A DNA stretch of 26,905 nt from Candidatus Krumholzibacteriia bacterium (GCA_036351155.1 JAZBOO010000175.1:1-26905), one strand, 5' to 3'. Positions 8,890 through 17,477 are shown, numbered from the stretch's first letter. The notes: a model not told the origin generated them from the letters alone. Made by a program: numbers and translations.

Positions 8890-10107
8890 GTGGACATCAT
8901 CGTGGGCGGCGGCCCGGCCGGTTTTTTTGGCGCCATCACCTTGAAAAGTCTGGCCCCGGAGCGCGACGTTTTGCTGCTCGAAAAAAGTGCGGACGTCCTG
9001 CGCAAGGTCAAGATTTCGGGCGGCGGCCGCTGCAACGTGACCACCGGCCAGGAAAACCTGCGCACCGTGGCCGAGGGCTATCCTCGTGGCGGAAAAGCCC
9101 TTCTGGGGGCCCTGCATCACTTCGGACCGGCTCAGACCCGCGCCTGGTTCGAAGATCGGGGCGTGCCCCTGAAAACCGAAGCCGATGGCCGCGTATTCCC
9201 TGTAAGCAATTCCTCGGCCAGTATCATCGAGGCTTTGACCGGCGAGGCCCAGCGGCTGGGCGTGCGGGTGGAAACCGGGACGGCGGTGAAGAGCCTGAAT
9301 CGCCACGATGCCGGCTTCCAGGTGGAACTGAGTGATGGACGCTTGCTACCCGCCCAACGGGCTCTGCTGGCCACCGGCGGCGGCGGTCACCGTCTGGCCC
9401 AGGCCCTGGGTCACACGGTGATGGACCCCGTTCCCTCCCTTTTCACCTTCAACAGCGAGGCCCCCCTTCTCGAGGGTTTGGCCGGGGTGGCCGTTCCCCA
9501 GGCCGTGGTGCGAGCCACCGGCCCCGGGTTGCCCAGAAAGGGGCTGGAGCAATCCGGCCCCCTGCTCATCACCCACTGGGGCGTCAGTGGTCCGGCCGTG
9601 CTCCGGTTGTCGGCGTGGGGTGCGCGATTGCTGGCCGAGTGCGGGTACCATTTCACCGTGCTGGTGGACTGGTGTCCCGACCTGACGCGGGAAGACCTGG
9701 CGGCGCGTCTGGGAGACTGGGCCGGCGACAACAGTCGCAAGCAGGTGTCCAGCTCGTGCCCCGTGGATCTGCCCCGCAGATTGTGGACCGCCCTGGTCGG
9801 GCAGGCCATGATTCCCGCCGCCCGCACCTGGGGCGAGCTGGGCCACAAGATGACCAACCGGCTCGTCGAGGCCCTGAAAAGCTCACCGTTGCCCGTCCAG
9901 GGCAAATCCACCTTCAAGGAGGAGTTCGTCACCTGTGGTGGAGTCGATCTGCGCGAGGTGGATTTTTCCACCATGGAAAGCCGGTGCGTGCCGGGGCTGT
10001 TCCTGGCGGGCGAGGTCCTGGATATCGATGGCATCACAGGCGGTTACAATTTTCAGAGCTGCTGGACCACGGGTTTTCTGGCCGGTCAGGGGCTGGCGAA
10101 AAATTAA
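8890..10107 (+). CDS. HI0933/YhiN (BaiN/RdsA) family NAD(P)/FAD-dependent oxidoreductase
   Basis: IVGGGPAG Rossmann motif, KVKISGGGRCNVT, GRVFP, LATGG, LITHWGVSGP, VTCGGV, GEVLDIDGITGGYNFQ. GTG 8890 with AAAGGA SD is preferred over 8863. Confidence 0.95.
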   Translation: MDIIVGGGPAGFFGAITLKSLAPERDVLLLEKSADVLRKVKISGGGRCNVTTGQENLRTVAEGYPRGGKALLGALHHFGPAQTRAWFEDRGVPLKTEADGRVFPVSNSSASIIEALTGEAQRLGVRVETGTAVKSLNRHDAGFQVELSDGRLLPAQRALLATGGGGHRLAQALGHTVMDPVPSLFTFNSEAPLLEGLAGVAVPQAVVRATGPGLPRKGLEQSGPLLITHWGVSGPAVLRLSAWGARLLAECGYHFTVLVDWCPDLTREDLAARLGDWAGDNSRKQVSSSCPVDLPRRLWTALVGQAMIPAARTWGELGHKMTNRLVEALKSSPLPVQGKSTFKEEFVTCGGVDLREVDFSTMESRCVPGLFLAGEVLDIDGITGGYNFQSCWTTGFLAGQGLAKN

Positions 10108-10175
10108 TCTCAATATGACCTGGCGGGGGACCGATACCACGAAAACATCGCCCCAACCCCGAAAGGTCTGAACCA

Positions 10176-10583
10176 TTGCGCAGCCAAGGCTTTACCATCA
10201 TCGAGTTGATGATCGTCGCGGTCATCATCGGCATCCTGACGGCCATTGTCATCCCCAACTACATCAGCATGCAGGACCGGGCCAAGGAGGCCAAGGTCAA
10301 GGGCAACTGCCACGCCCTGCACCTGGCGGCCGAGGATTACAGCGTGATGAACGACGGCCACTACTCGGTGGCCGCAGCCGATCTGCTTCCGCGATTACCC
10401 GGAGCCGGCCTGATGGAAAATGCCTTCACCGGAGCACCCACCGAACCACGATTCGGGGCCGCCGCCGCCGCCGCCGGCCAGATCGGCATCGTGGCCAAAC
10501 AGCAGGGCGGCAACACAGTGGGCTTCACCATCACCGGCTTCGGCAAGGAAGCGCAGATCCTGGAACTGACCAACGGGCACTGA
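10176..10583 (+). CDS. Type IV pilin/pseudopilin-like protein (prepilin cleavage/methylation motif)
   Basis: MRSQG^FTIIELMIV, with Glu5, Pro22 and a hydrophobic N-terminal helix; TTG start with GAAAGG SD. Confidence 0.88.
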   Translation: MRSQGFTIIELMIVAVIIGILTAIVIPNYISMQDRAKEAKVKGNCHALHLAAEDYSVMNDGHYSVAAADLLPRLPGAGLMENAFTGAPTEPRFGAAAAAAGQIGIVAKQQGGNTVGFTITGFGKEAQILELTNGH

Positions 10584-10594
10584 CCCCCAGCTGA

Positions 10595-12664
10595 TCAGGG
10601 CTGGTCCGGAAGCAATCCCATCTCCCGACTCAGGTCCAGGGGCGGCATGTCGCCGTCCCAGGGCTTGCCGTCTTTCACATACCAGTCAAACCAGGCCAGG
10701 GTGCGCAGGACGAAATCTTGCCGCCCGAAACGTTTGCGATTCCCGTGGCCTTCCTCCGGATACCAGATCAACCGCACCGCCGGGTGCCCGGCCATCTTCA
10801 TGGCGCGGAACATTTCCAGGCTTTGGCTGGGATGAACGCGCGGGTCGTTTTCGCCGTGGGTCAGGAGCAAGGGCGTTCTGCTGTCGGCCACGTGCATGAT
10901 CGGACTGCGGTCGAGCAGCATCGGGATGGTCTCGGCATCGACCGTGGTTCCCCGATGCACGTATTCGTTCTCGTAGGGGATGTCGGTGTTGAAGGTCTTG
11001 CTGACCAGGTCGGACACACCCACCATGCTCACGCCGGCCTGAAAATGTTCGGAGTACTTCGTGACCAGCCAGTTGGTGGCGTAGCCGCCGTAACTCCCGC
11101 CCATGACGCCCACCTTGCCGCGCTGGGCCAGGCCCTGGTCGATCAGGTGCTGGACGCCGTCCACCACATCGTCGAACTCGGCCCCCGCGGGATCGCCGAA
11201 GCTGCTCATGGCGAAGTCGAAACCGCGCCCGGTGCTGCCCCGATAGTTGGGATAGAACACGCCATACCCCTGGGCCGCGTAGGCCTGGCCGGGATTGGCA
11301 TAGCGACTGATCCAGCCGTGATCATGATTCGGCTCGGGTCCGCCGTGCACGCCCACGATCAAGGGGAACGCGCCGCCCTGATAGTCCACCGGATAGATCA
11401 GCAGACCCTCGATCATCAGGCCATCACGGGCCGGATAGCGCACGGGTTCTTGCCTGGCCAGGGTGACGTTTTCTAGCCACGGGTTGTGGGTGGTCAGGCG
11501 TCGGGGCTGTCCCTTGCCCTCGAGCAGGTACACCTCGCGAGGGGTGGTGGCGCTGTGGCCGACAAGGGCCATCTCCTCACGGCCCAGCTGCAACGAGGGC
11601 AAGCCCACCTGCAGACCCGATTCCTCGCTGTGGTAGATCACCAGGCGGTTGTCCGGCCCCCGATCGATACGCTGCAAGCTGAGCGAGGTGTGCAGGAATT
11701 CCTTGGCGTTGTAGAGGATGCGCTTGCTGTCGCGCCAGGCGACGTGCTGGATGTGGCCCTCGAACTTTTCCGGCGTCAGGGCGCGGGGCTCGCCGCCGGT
11801 GACGGGGATGGAGTAGACGCTGCTGACGGCATGGTCCATCTGCCGGGAGGCCGCAGTGTAGGCCACATTTTTTTCGTCGGGGCTGAGGCGAATGTCCCCG
11901 GTTTTCCCGGGCAGATCGATCAGCAGATGATGGTCGCCGCTGGCCAGATCCAGCAGATAGATGTCCTGGAACATGTATTGGTGGTCGATCAGGTTCAACT
12001 CGCTGGCCCCGAAAGCCACATAGCGTCCGGTGGCCCCCACGTCCAGCGACCACACGGCCAGACCATCGACCAGGGTGGTGGCTTCACCCGGACCGTGGGC
12101 CCAGTCGAAAGGGGCGCGCTTGATCAGGCGATCCTTGAGTTCCTCTTCCACCCATCTGGGCAGCCAGCCCTTCTCTTTCAGTTTTTCCTGCCGGGGGTCG
12201 GCGGCCTCGGTTTCGATGGTGAACAGGGCAGTGCCGTCATGGCTCCAGGCAAAGCTGCTGACGCCGACCTTGCTGTCGGTCATGGCCTTCGCTTCCCCAC
12301 CGTAAATGGGCAGCACCCAGACCTGGGTCTTGGCCTTCTCGCCCCGCTTCATCAGGAAACCCAGGTAGCGGCCGTCCGGCGAAAAGCGCACGCTGGAAAC
12401 GCTGGCCTCACCGGTGACGAATGGGCGCGGGTCTCCACCTTCGGTGGACACCAGGAAGAGGCGGCTCCAGGCACTGCCGGCCTCCTCGTCCAGGGCACGG
12501 TTCTGGCTGACGGTGTAGGCCACCCACTTCCCATCGGGAGAAAGGTCGGCCGTGCGCACCTGCTCCAGGTCCAGCAACTGGTCGACTGTCAGCCCCGAGG
12601 CCAGCGAGGTGCCGGCCGTCAGGATCAGGATCAAGGTCAGGAAATAGCTCGTGAATCGGGGCAT
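10595..12664 (-). CDS. Secreted S9 family peptidase (dipeptidyl/acylaminoacyl peptidase)
   Basis: Signal peptide; PD40-like propeller repeats (SPDGKW, FSPDGRY, WSHDG, LSPDEK); HGGP, NYRGSTG, catalytic GGSYGG, HGEND, EGHG. Confidence 0.95.
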   Translation of the reverse strand: MPRFTSYFLTLILILTAGTSLASGLTVDQLLDLEQVRTADLSPDGKWVAYTVSQNRALDEEAGSAWSRLFLVSTEGGDPRPFVTGEASVSSVRFSPDGRYLGFLMKRGEKAKTQVWVLPIYGGEAKAMTDSKVGVSSFAWSHDGTALFTIETEAADPRQEKLKEKGWLPRWVEEELKDRLIKRAPFDWAHGPGEATTLVDGLAVWSLDVGATGRYVAFGASELNLIDHQYMFQDIYLLDLASGDHHLLIDLPGKTGDIRLSPDEKNVAYTAASRQMDHAVSSVYSIPVTGGEPRALTPEKFEGHIQHVAWRDSKRILYNAKEFLHTSLSLQRIDRGPDNRLVIYHSEESGLQVGLPSLQLGREEMALVGHSATTPREVYLLEGKGQPRRLTTHNPWLENVTLARQEPVRYPARDGLMIEGLLIYPVDYQGGAFPLIVGVHGGPEPNHDHGWISRYANPGQAYAAQGYGVFYPNYRGSTGRGFDFAMSSFGDPAGAEFDDVVDGVQHLIDQGLAQRGKVGVMGGSYGGYATNWLVTKYSEHFQAGVSMVGVSDLVSKTFNTDIPYENEYVHRGTTVDAETIPMLLDRSPIMHVADSRTPLLLTHGENDPRVHPSQSLEMFRAMKMAGHPAVRLIWYPEEGHGNRKRFGRQDFVLRTLAWFDWYVKDGKPWDGDMPPLDLSREMGLLPDQP

Positions 12665-12767
12665 GGTATTCTCCCGGATTAAAAGACGTGGTTCTGTTAT
12701 CTTGCCCTACAGAATATTAAAATAGTTGAACGACACAAATCATCCGGACCAACCCGCAGGAGCCCCC

Positions 12768-13616
12768 ATGAGAATCGCCCTCATCCAGCAGCACGCTACC
12801 TGGGACCGTCAGGCCAACCTGAACCGAGGGCTGCAGGCGGCCCGGAGAGCCGCCGAGCAGGGAGCCCAGGTCCTGTGTTTTGCCGAGCTGGCCTTCGAAC
12901 GGTTCTATCCCCAGCTGCCGGCCGGGCCGGATTTCGCCGACCATGCCGAGACCATTCCCGGGCCCATCACCGTGGCCTTCCAGGATCTCGCCCGGGAACT
13001 GGGCGTGGTGGTGGTTCTGAACCTGTTCGAGAAGGTGGGCCACCGGACCTTCGACTCTTCCCCCGTGATCGATGCCGACGGGTCGCTCCTGGGCATAACC
13101 CGCATGGTCCACATCACCGAGTACGAATGCTTCCACGAGCAGGGCTACTACCACCCCGGCGACACGGGGGCCCCGGTCTACGATACCCGGTACGGGAAAA
13201 TCGGGGTCAGCATTTGCTACGACCGGCACTATCCCGAATACATGCGCGCACTGGCCCTGGCTGGGGCGGAGCTGGTGGTGGTGCCGCAGGCGGGATCGGT
13301 GGGCGAGTGGCCGGAGGGCCTTTACGAGGCCGAGATGAGGGTGGCCGCCTTCCACAACGGCTACTTCGTGGCGCTGTGCAACCGGGTGGGCGAGGAAGAG
13401 AAGCTGACCTTTGCCGGGGAAAGTTTCGTGTGCGCCCCCGATGGCTGCGTGGTGGCGCGGGCAAGTGAAGGGGTTGATGATGTTTTGCTGGCAGAAGTGG
13501 ATCTTGCGGAAGTTGAGCGGTCCAGCGCGCGAAGATTGTTTCTGAGGGACCGGCGACCGGAGCTGTATGGGGGGTGGCTGGGGGAGAAACAGGTTCTTGT
13601 AAATCGTTGTGATTGA
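12768..13616 (+). CDS. Carbon-nitrogen hydrolase (nitrilase superfamily, N-carbamoylputrescine amidase/beta-ureidopropionase-like), 282 aa
   Basis: MRIALIQ start, FAEL (Glu), EQGYY.PGD, ICYDRHYPE (Cys), NRVG.E, F.G.SF, RDRRPELY; AGGAG SD. The Lys position reads Met. Confidence 0.92.
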   Translation: MRIALIQQHATWDRQANLNRGLQAARRAAEQGAQVLCFAELAFERFYPQLPAGPDFADHAETIPGPITVAFQDLARELGVVVVLNLFEKVGHRTFDSSPVIDADGSLLGITRMVHITEYECFHEQGYYHPGDTGAPVYDTRYGKIGVSICYDRHYPEYMRALALAGAELVVVPQAGSVGEWPEGLYEAEMRVAAFHNGYFVALCNRVGEEEKLTFAGESFVCAPDGCVVARASEGVDDVLLAEVDLAEVERSSARRLFLRDRRPELYGGWLGEKQVLVNRCD

Positions 13617-13626
13617 AATGCTTGAG

Positions 13627-13646
13627 TTTTCCAACGGGTTGAAAAA
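13627..13646. repeat. Palindromic site, copy 1 (TTTTCCAAC-GG-GTTGAAAAA)
   Basis: Arms match 8/9; 13627-13641 is the exact reverse complement of 14444-14458 inside the HNH gene. Confidence 0.8.
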
Positions 13647-13829
13647 TGTGGCGACCTGGGCTGGGTTCCTGGTAGATCTGGGCCCCACGTAGCCTCCCCC
13701 CCATCTGTCGGAACAGGTTTTCATTTTCAATTTTTTATTTGTGTTTTTTTCGCTTCCCCCCTGGCGCGTTCGCGTTGTATTCGCTATATTGATTGAGCCT
13801 CCCACAGGCTTACTATCAAGGATAGCGCT

Positions 13830-14957
13830 ATGCTGACGTTTATTAAGGGATTACCGGCCGAGAAAGCCCACCTCCACCTCAAAAAGGCCAACCATGCCAT
13901 GGAAATGGCCCGCCAGAACGCCATTCTGTGGTTTGGCGAGATTCTCGGGCGCAAGCTATACCGTGACCTGGGGTACTCCTCCATGTTGCTGTATGCCCAG
14001 CAGGAACTGGGCTGGAGCCAGAGCAAGGCCTACGACTTCCTGAAGATCTGTGAAAAGCTGGACGAACTGCCTGCTGTGAAGAAGAAGGTCGAGGAGGGGA
14101 AGCTCGGCTATGCGCGGACGCGGACCATCGTGAGCGTGGCCAGCCCGGAGAACGAGAAGGAGTGGGTGGATCTGGCCATGAACAAGTCGCGCACCCAGCT
14201 GAAAGAGGCGGCCAAGAAGGCCAGGCGGCAGGCGGCCGAGGTGGCCAGGGGGCAGGGATCCTTCCTGCCTGAAGAGACCTTGCCGACCGCGGTGGTGCCC
14301 CAGCGCATAAGCCTGGAGATGACCCCCACCCAGCTGGCCCGCTATGAAGCACTCTGGGAGAAGCTGCGCAAGCAGGGCGGCTTTCCGGCAGACAAGGTCG
14401 AGGCGCTGCTGGCCATGATGCAGACTTGCGTCGATCAGAATTCCAACCCGTTGGAAAAACCGGCGGGACCCCTGGTCCAGATCCACGTGCACCAGTGCCC
14501 GGACTGCCAGAAGGCGACCATCCAGACCACCCGCGGCGAGCTTACGCTTTCAACCGAGGAAATCGAACGCCTCCAGTGCGATGCCCAGATCAGCGAACCA
14601 GGGAAACGCAATACCACAACGATCCCACCCAAAACGCGGCGCCTCGTGCTGGCCCGCGACCGCCACCGGTGCCAGACACCCGGCTGCCCAAACACGCATT
14701 ACCTCGAAATCCATCACATCATCCCCCGTTCCCAGGGCGGCACCAACGCACCCGATAACCTGACCACGCTGTGCAGTTCGTGTCATGCGCTGGTGCATCA
14801 ACGGACATTCCTGGTCCGAGAAAGATCGCCCAGCTATCGGGGTCGGCGGGACCGCAGTCCTTCCACCAGCTCACGGCTGACTTCGAAATGGAAGGATTCC
14901 ACCGGAGCGAACGTCCAGAACTCATCCAGCATGACGGTTCCCGTGGTGCGCTCGTAG
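13830..14957 (+). CDS. HNH endonuclease with long helical N-terminal region (DUF222-HNH-like architecture)
   Basis: C-terminal RDRHRCQTPGC-x5-LEIHHIIPRSQGGTNAPDNLTTLCSSCHALVH; extra CPDC; N-terminal LYRDLGYSSM..YAQQELGWS..KAY helical/HTH-like region; AAGGA SD. Confidence 0.9.
   Translation: MLTFIKGLPAEKAHLHLKKANHAMEMARQNAILWFGEILGRKLYRDLGYSSMLLYAQQELGWSQSKAYDFLKICEKLDELPAVKKKVEEGKLGYARTRTIVSVASPENEKEWVDLAMNKSRTQLKEAAKKARRQAAEVARGQGSFLPEETLPTAVVPQRISLEMTPTQLARYEALWEKLRKQGGFPADKVEALLAMMQTCVDQNSNPLEKPAGPLVQIHVHQCPDCQKATIQTTRGELTLSTEEIERLQCDAQISEPGKRNTTTIPPKTRRLVLARDRHRCQTPGCPNTHYLEIHHIIPRSQGGTNAPDNLTTLCSSCHALVHQRTFLVRERSPSYRGRRDRSPSTSSRLTSKWKDSTGANVQNSSSMTVPVVRS
14441..14456. repeat. Palindromic site, copy 2 (TTCCAAC-CC-GTTGGAA), inside the HNH gene
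   Basis: Perfect 7-bp arms with a 2-nt spacer; lies in the codons for the linker peptide NSNPLEK. Confidence 0.8.
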
Positions 14958-15394
14958 GTCAGGGCCTGGGTCAGGAGGTCCAGGCGGTCGGCGTCCCGCA
15001 CCAGTCGGGCTTCCGGGCTGGACTGGGCTTCGAATTCATCCCAGAGGCTGCGCCAGCGGGGGCCGAAGTCCTGGCCTGGCAGGAGTTCGTCCATGGCGCG
15101 CTGTTCCATCTCCGTCTTGGCCCCGGGGGGTAACAGGCGCGAGCCGCCCAGGGAGAAATCGCCGGTAACGCTTTCGGGCAGGTCGTGGAGAATGGCCATG
15201 GTCAGGACCTTCGCCCGGTCGATAGGTTCTTCCACCAGGTCCGCCAGCAAAAGGGCCATGAAGGCCACGCCGTGGCTGTGGTCGGCCACGCTTTCAAAAT
15301 CGGCAATGCCGCGCACGGCCCAGCCGGTGCGCGGGGTCACCTTCAGGCGATTGGCGATTTCGATGAGGTCCAGAATGGAGTCCGTGTTTTTCAT
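14834..15394 (-). CDS. HD domain hydrolase (YfbR/HDDC2-like 5'-deoxynucleotidase), 186 aa
   Basis: LK..PRTGW, ESVADHS, ILHDLPE..TGD, DADRLD; AGGA SD before ATG 15394. Confidence 0.92.
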   Translation of the reverse strand: MKNTDSILDLIEIANRLKVTPRTGWAVRGIADFESVADHSHGVAFMALLLADLVEEPIDRAKVLTMAILHDLPESVTGDFSLGGSRLLPPGAKTEMEQRAMDELLPGQDFGPRWRSLWDEFEAQSSPEARLVRDADRLDLLTQALTYERTTGTVMLDEFWTFAPVESFHFEVSRELVEGLRSRRPR

Positions 15395-15478
15395 GGCGTT
15401 CTTTCCTGCTATCATGAGGGCAGTGGTTTTTTGTCTGATAACACCCCGCCTTCGCCTTGGCAAGATCGGAGATATTCC

Positions 15479-16348
15479 ATGGTTCGTCGCATCCTGATTC
15501 TGCTGGTCATTCTGGTGGCTTCGTCGGCCCAGGCCGGCCGTCTGGTGGCCATCGGCGATCTGCACGGCGACCTGACCGCCACGCGGCAGGCCCTGAAACT
15601 CGCCGGCGCCATCGACCAGGAGGATCGCTGGATTGGTGGAGATCTGGTGCTGGTCCAGACGGGTGATCAGCTGGACCGGGGCGATGAGGAGCGGGCCATT
15701 CTGCACCTGCTGGACAAGCTCCAGGCCGAGGCCGAGGCCGCCGGTGGTGCTCTGCACATTCTCAACGGCAATCACGAGCTGATGAATGCCCGGCCGGACC
15801 TGCGCTATGTGACCGAGGGAGGGTATGCTGATTTCGCCGACCTGGCCGAGGGCTCGGAACCCGATTCTCTTTTGCTCGCCCATGAGCCTTCACAGCGAGG
15901 TCGCGTGGTGGCCTTCCGGCCCGGCGGGCCCTATGCCAGAATGCTGGCAGAGCGACCCCTCATTCTCCTCCTGGACGACACCGTGTTCGTGCATGGGGGC
16001 GTTCTCCCCCTGCATCTGGAGTATGGGATCGAGCGCATCAACCACGAGGTCCGGCAATGGTTGCTGGGTCAGGGAGATCCGCCGCCCTTCATCCACAAGA
16101 GAGAAAGCCCCACCTGGTCGCGCACCTATTCCGACGAGGTCGATGGGGAGGATTGCCGGCAACTGGCCGATGTTCTGCAGGCGCTGGGCGCCCGGCGCAT
16201 GGTGGTGGGACATACCGTGCAGGAGGGTGGAATCACCTCCTATTGCGATGAGCAGGTGTGGTGCATCGACTCGGGAATTGCCGCGCATTACGGCAATCAT
16301 GTCCAGGTCCTGGAAATCGATCACGGGGAGATCAGTGTTCTCCAGTGA
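15479..16348 (+). CDS. Secreted metallophosphoesterase, Shewanella-like phosphatase (Shelph) subfamily, 289 aa
   Basis: Signal peptide ending AQA; GDLHGD, GDQLDRG, GNHE, VHGG, VVGHT, IDSG. Confidence 0.9.
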   Translation: MVRRILILLVILVASSAQAGRLVAIGDLHGDLTATRQALKLAGAIDQEDRWIGGDLVLVQTGDQLDRGDEERAILHLLDKLQAEAEAAGGALHILNGNHELMNARPDLRYVTEGGYADFADLAEGSEPDSLLLAHEPSQRGRVVAFRPGGPYARMLAERPLILLLDDTVFVHGGVLPLHLEYGIERINHEVRQWLLGQGDPPPFIHKRESPTWSRTYSDEVDGEDCRQLADVLQALGARRMVVGHTVQEGGITSYCDEQVWCIDSGIAAHYGNHVQVLEIDHGEISVLQ

Positions 16349-16351
16349 CCT

Positions 16352-17407
16352 CTACCAGAGGCGAAGGGTGTAGCGCTTGACATAGTCGGGGAGCAGCGAC
16401 ACGCGCCCCTCCAGCCCGGGGGTCAGCAGAACCTCGGCGGTGCCCTGGGCGGTTCCCGGCAAGACCATGATCACTTCGACCGGGGACTCCAGGCGATTCA
16501 GAATTTCCCGGCCGGCCTCCTCTCCGGCCACGAACAGGGCCGTACTCAAGCCGTCGGCCAGCTGTGCGCTGGGAGCCAGCACGGTGACCCCCAGGACTCC
16601 CTCGGCGGGACGGCCCGTGGCCGGATTCATGATGTGGCCGTACCGCCGTCCATCGATGGTCACGAAGCGTTCGTAGCTGCCACTGGTGGCCAGGGCCAGA
16701 TCGGTCACCGCCACGGTGGCGAAGTATTGATCACGATTCAGGGGATCCCGCACGCCCACGCGCCAGTCGGTGCGATCGGCGGCTCCGCCCAGACAGAAGA
16801 GGTTGCCGCCCAGGTCCACCAGACCATTTTTCACGCCTGCCTGTTGCAGGCGAGTCACGGCCTGATCCACGGCAAAGCCCTTGGCGATGCCCCCGAGGTC
16901 AAAGTGGGTTCCGGAGGTGCCTTTGGTCAGGGTCCCACCGGGGCCCAGGGTATACCCCCCCATCAATCCCCGCGCCGAATCGATGGCCGCCGGCGTAGGG
17001 AGAGATCCCTGGCGACGGTAAAAGCCCCACAGTCGCATCAATGGTTCGGCGGTGGGATCGAAAGCGCCCCGACTGATATCCCGCAACCGGTCGGCCGCCG
17101 TCAGGCACTGGCCCAGCCAGGGCGAAAGGCTCACCGCCGAATCGGCCGGAGCCCGGTTCAAGCGGCTCAATTCCGAATCGGGGGACCAGGAACTGAATAC
17201 CGCATTGACCTCCTGGTAGGTTGTGGCCACCAGAGCCTGGGCCTGGGCCGCAGAAAGCCCTTCCGGCAGCTCCAGGTCACTCCGTGCCACCGTGCCCATG
17301 GTTTCGAAGATGAATTCCGCACGTTCGGGGTCCTGCGCACATCCCATCAGGCCCCATAGAGCCACGATCAGGACGCCAAATCCGCGAAAGATTTTCATTT
17401 TCACCAT
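16352..17407 (-). CDS. apbE: FAD:protein FMN transferase (lipoprotein)
   Basis: Lipobox LMG-C; TMGT, SELSRLN, GAFDPT, DLGGIAKGFAVD, ATSGSYER, GHIMNPATG, ADGLSTA. Confidence 0.95.
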   Translation of the reverse strand: MVKMKIFRGFGVLIVALWGLMGCAQDPERAEFIFETMGTVARSDLELPEGLSAAQAQALVATTYQEVNAVFSSWSPDSELSRLNRAPADSAVSLSPWLGQCLTAADRLRDISRGAFDPTAEPLMRLWGFYRRQGSLPTPAAIDSARGLMGGYTLGPGGTLTKGTSGTHFDLGGIAKGFAVDQAVTRLQQAGVKNGLVDLGGNLFCLGGAADRTDWRVGVRDPLNRDQYFATVAVTDLALATSGSYERFVTIDGRRYGHIMNPATGRPAEGVLGVTVLAPSAQLADGLSTALFVAGEEAGREILNRLESPVEVIMVLPGTAQGTAEVLLTPGLEGRVSLLPDYVKRYTLRLW

Positions 17408-17477
17408 TCACCTGAATAAATCACATCAATTGTCCATTTTCCCTTGAATTCCCCCATGCAAATACCCACCTTAACCC

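Noticed and set aside
10176..10583. Conductive (e-pili) interpretation of the pilin
   Set aside because: Only 8 F/Y/W in 130 mature residues, no aromatic at positions 27 or 32, and 14 kb from the cytochrome genes.
13768..13782. GTTC-N7-ATTC resembling an alphaproteobacterial LexA box upstream of the HNH gene
   Set aside because: Short, mismatched, and nothing suggests the host uses that LexA motif.
13645..13829. HEARO/omega-RNA-like guide RNA upstream of the HNH gene
   Set aside because: Only weak imperfect pairing is visible, and the protein lacks IscB PLMP/RuvC motifs; a covariance search would be needed.
13575..14840. Terminal inverted repeats or target-site duplication around the HNH gene (GCTGGGGGA vs reverse complement of TCGCCCAGC)
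   Set aside because: Only 8/9 identity in GC-rich sequence, no direct repeat and no transposase.
15395..15883. Long N-terminal extensions in the ORF track for the HD gene (also for the Shelph, rnfD, rnfG, paralog 3 and the 22625 ORF)
   Set aside because: They overlap neighbouring genes; downstream starts have SD sequences and/or family-typical N-termini.
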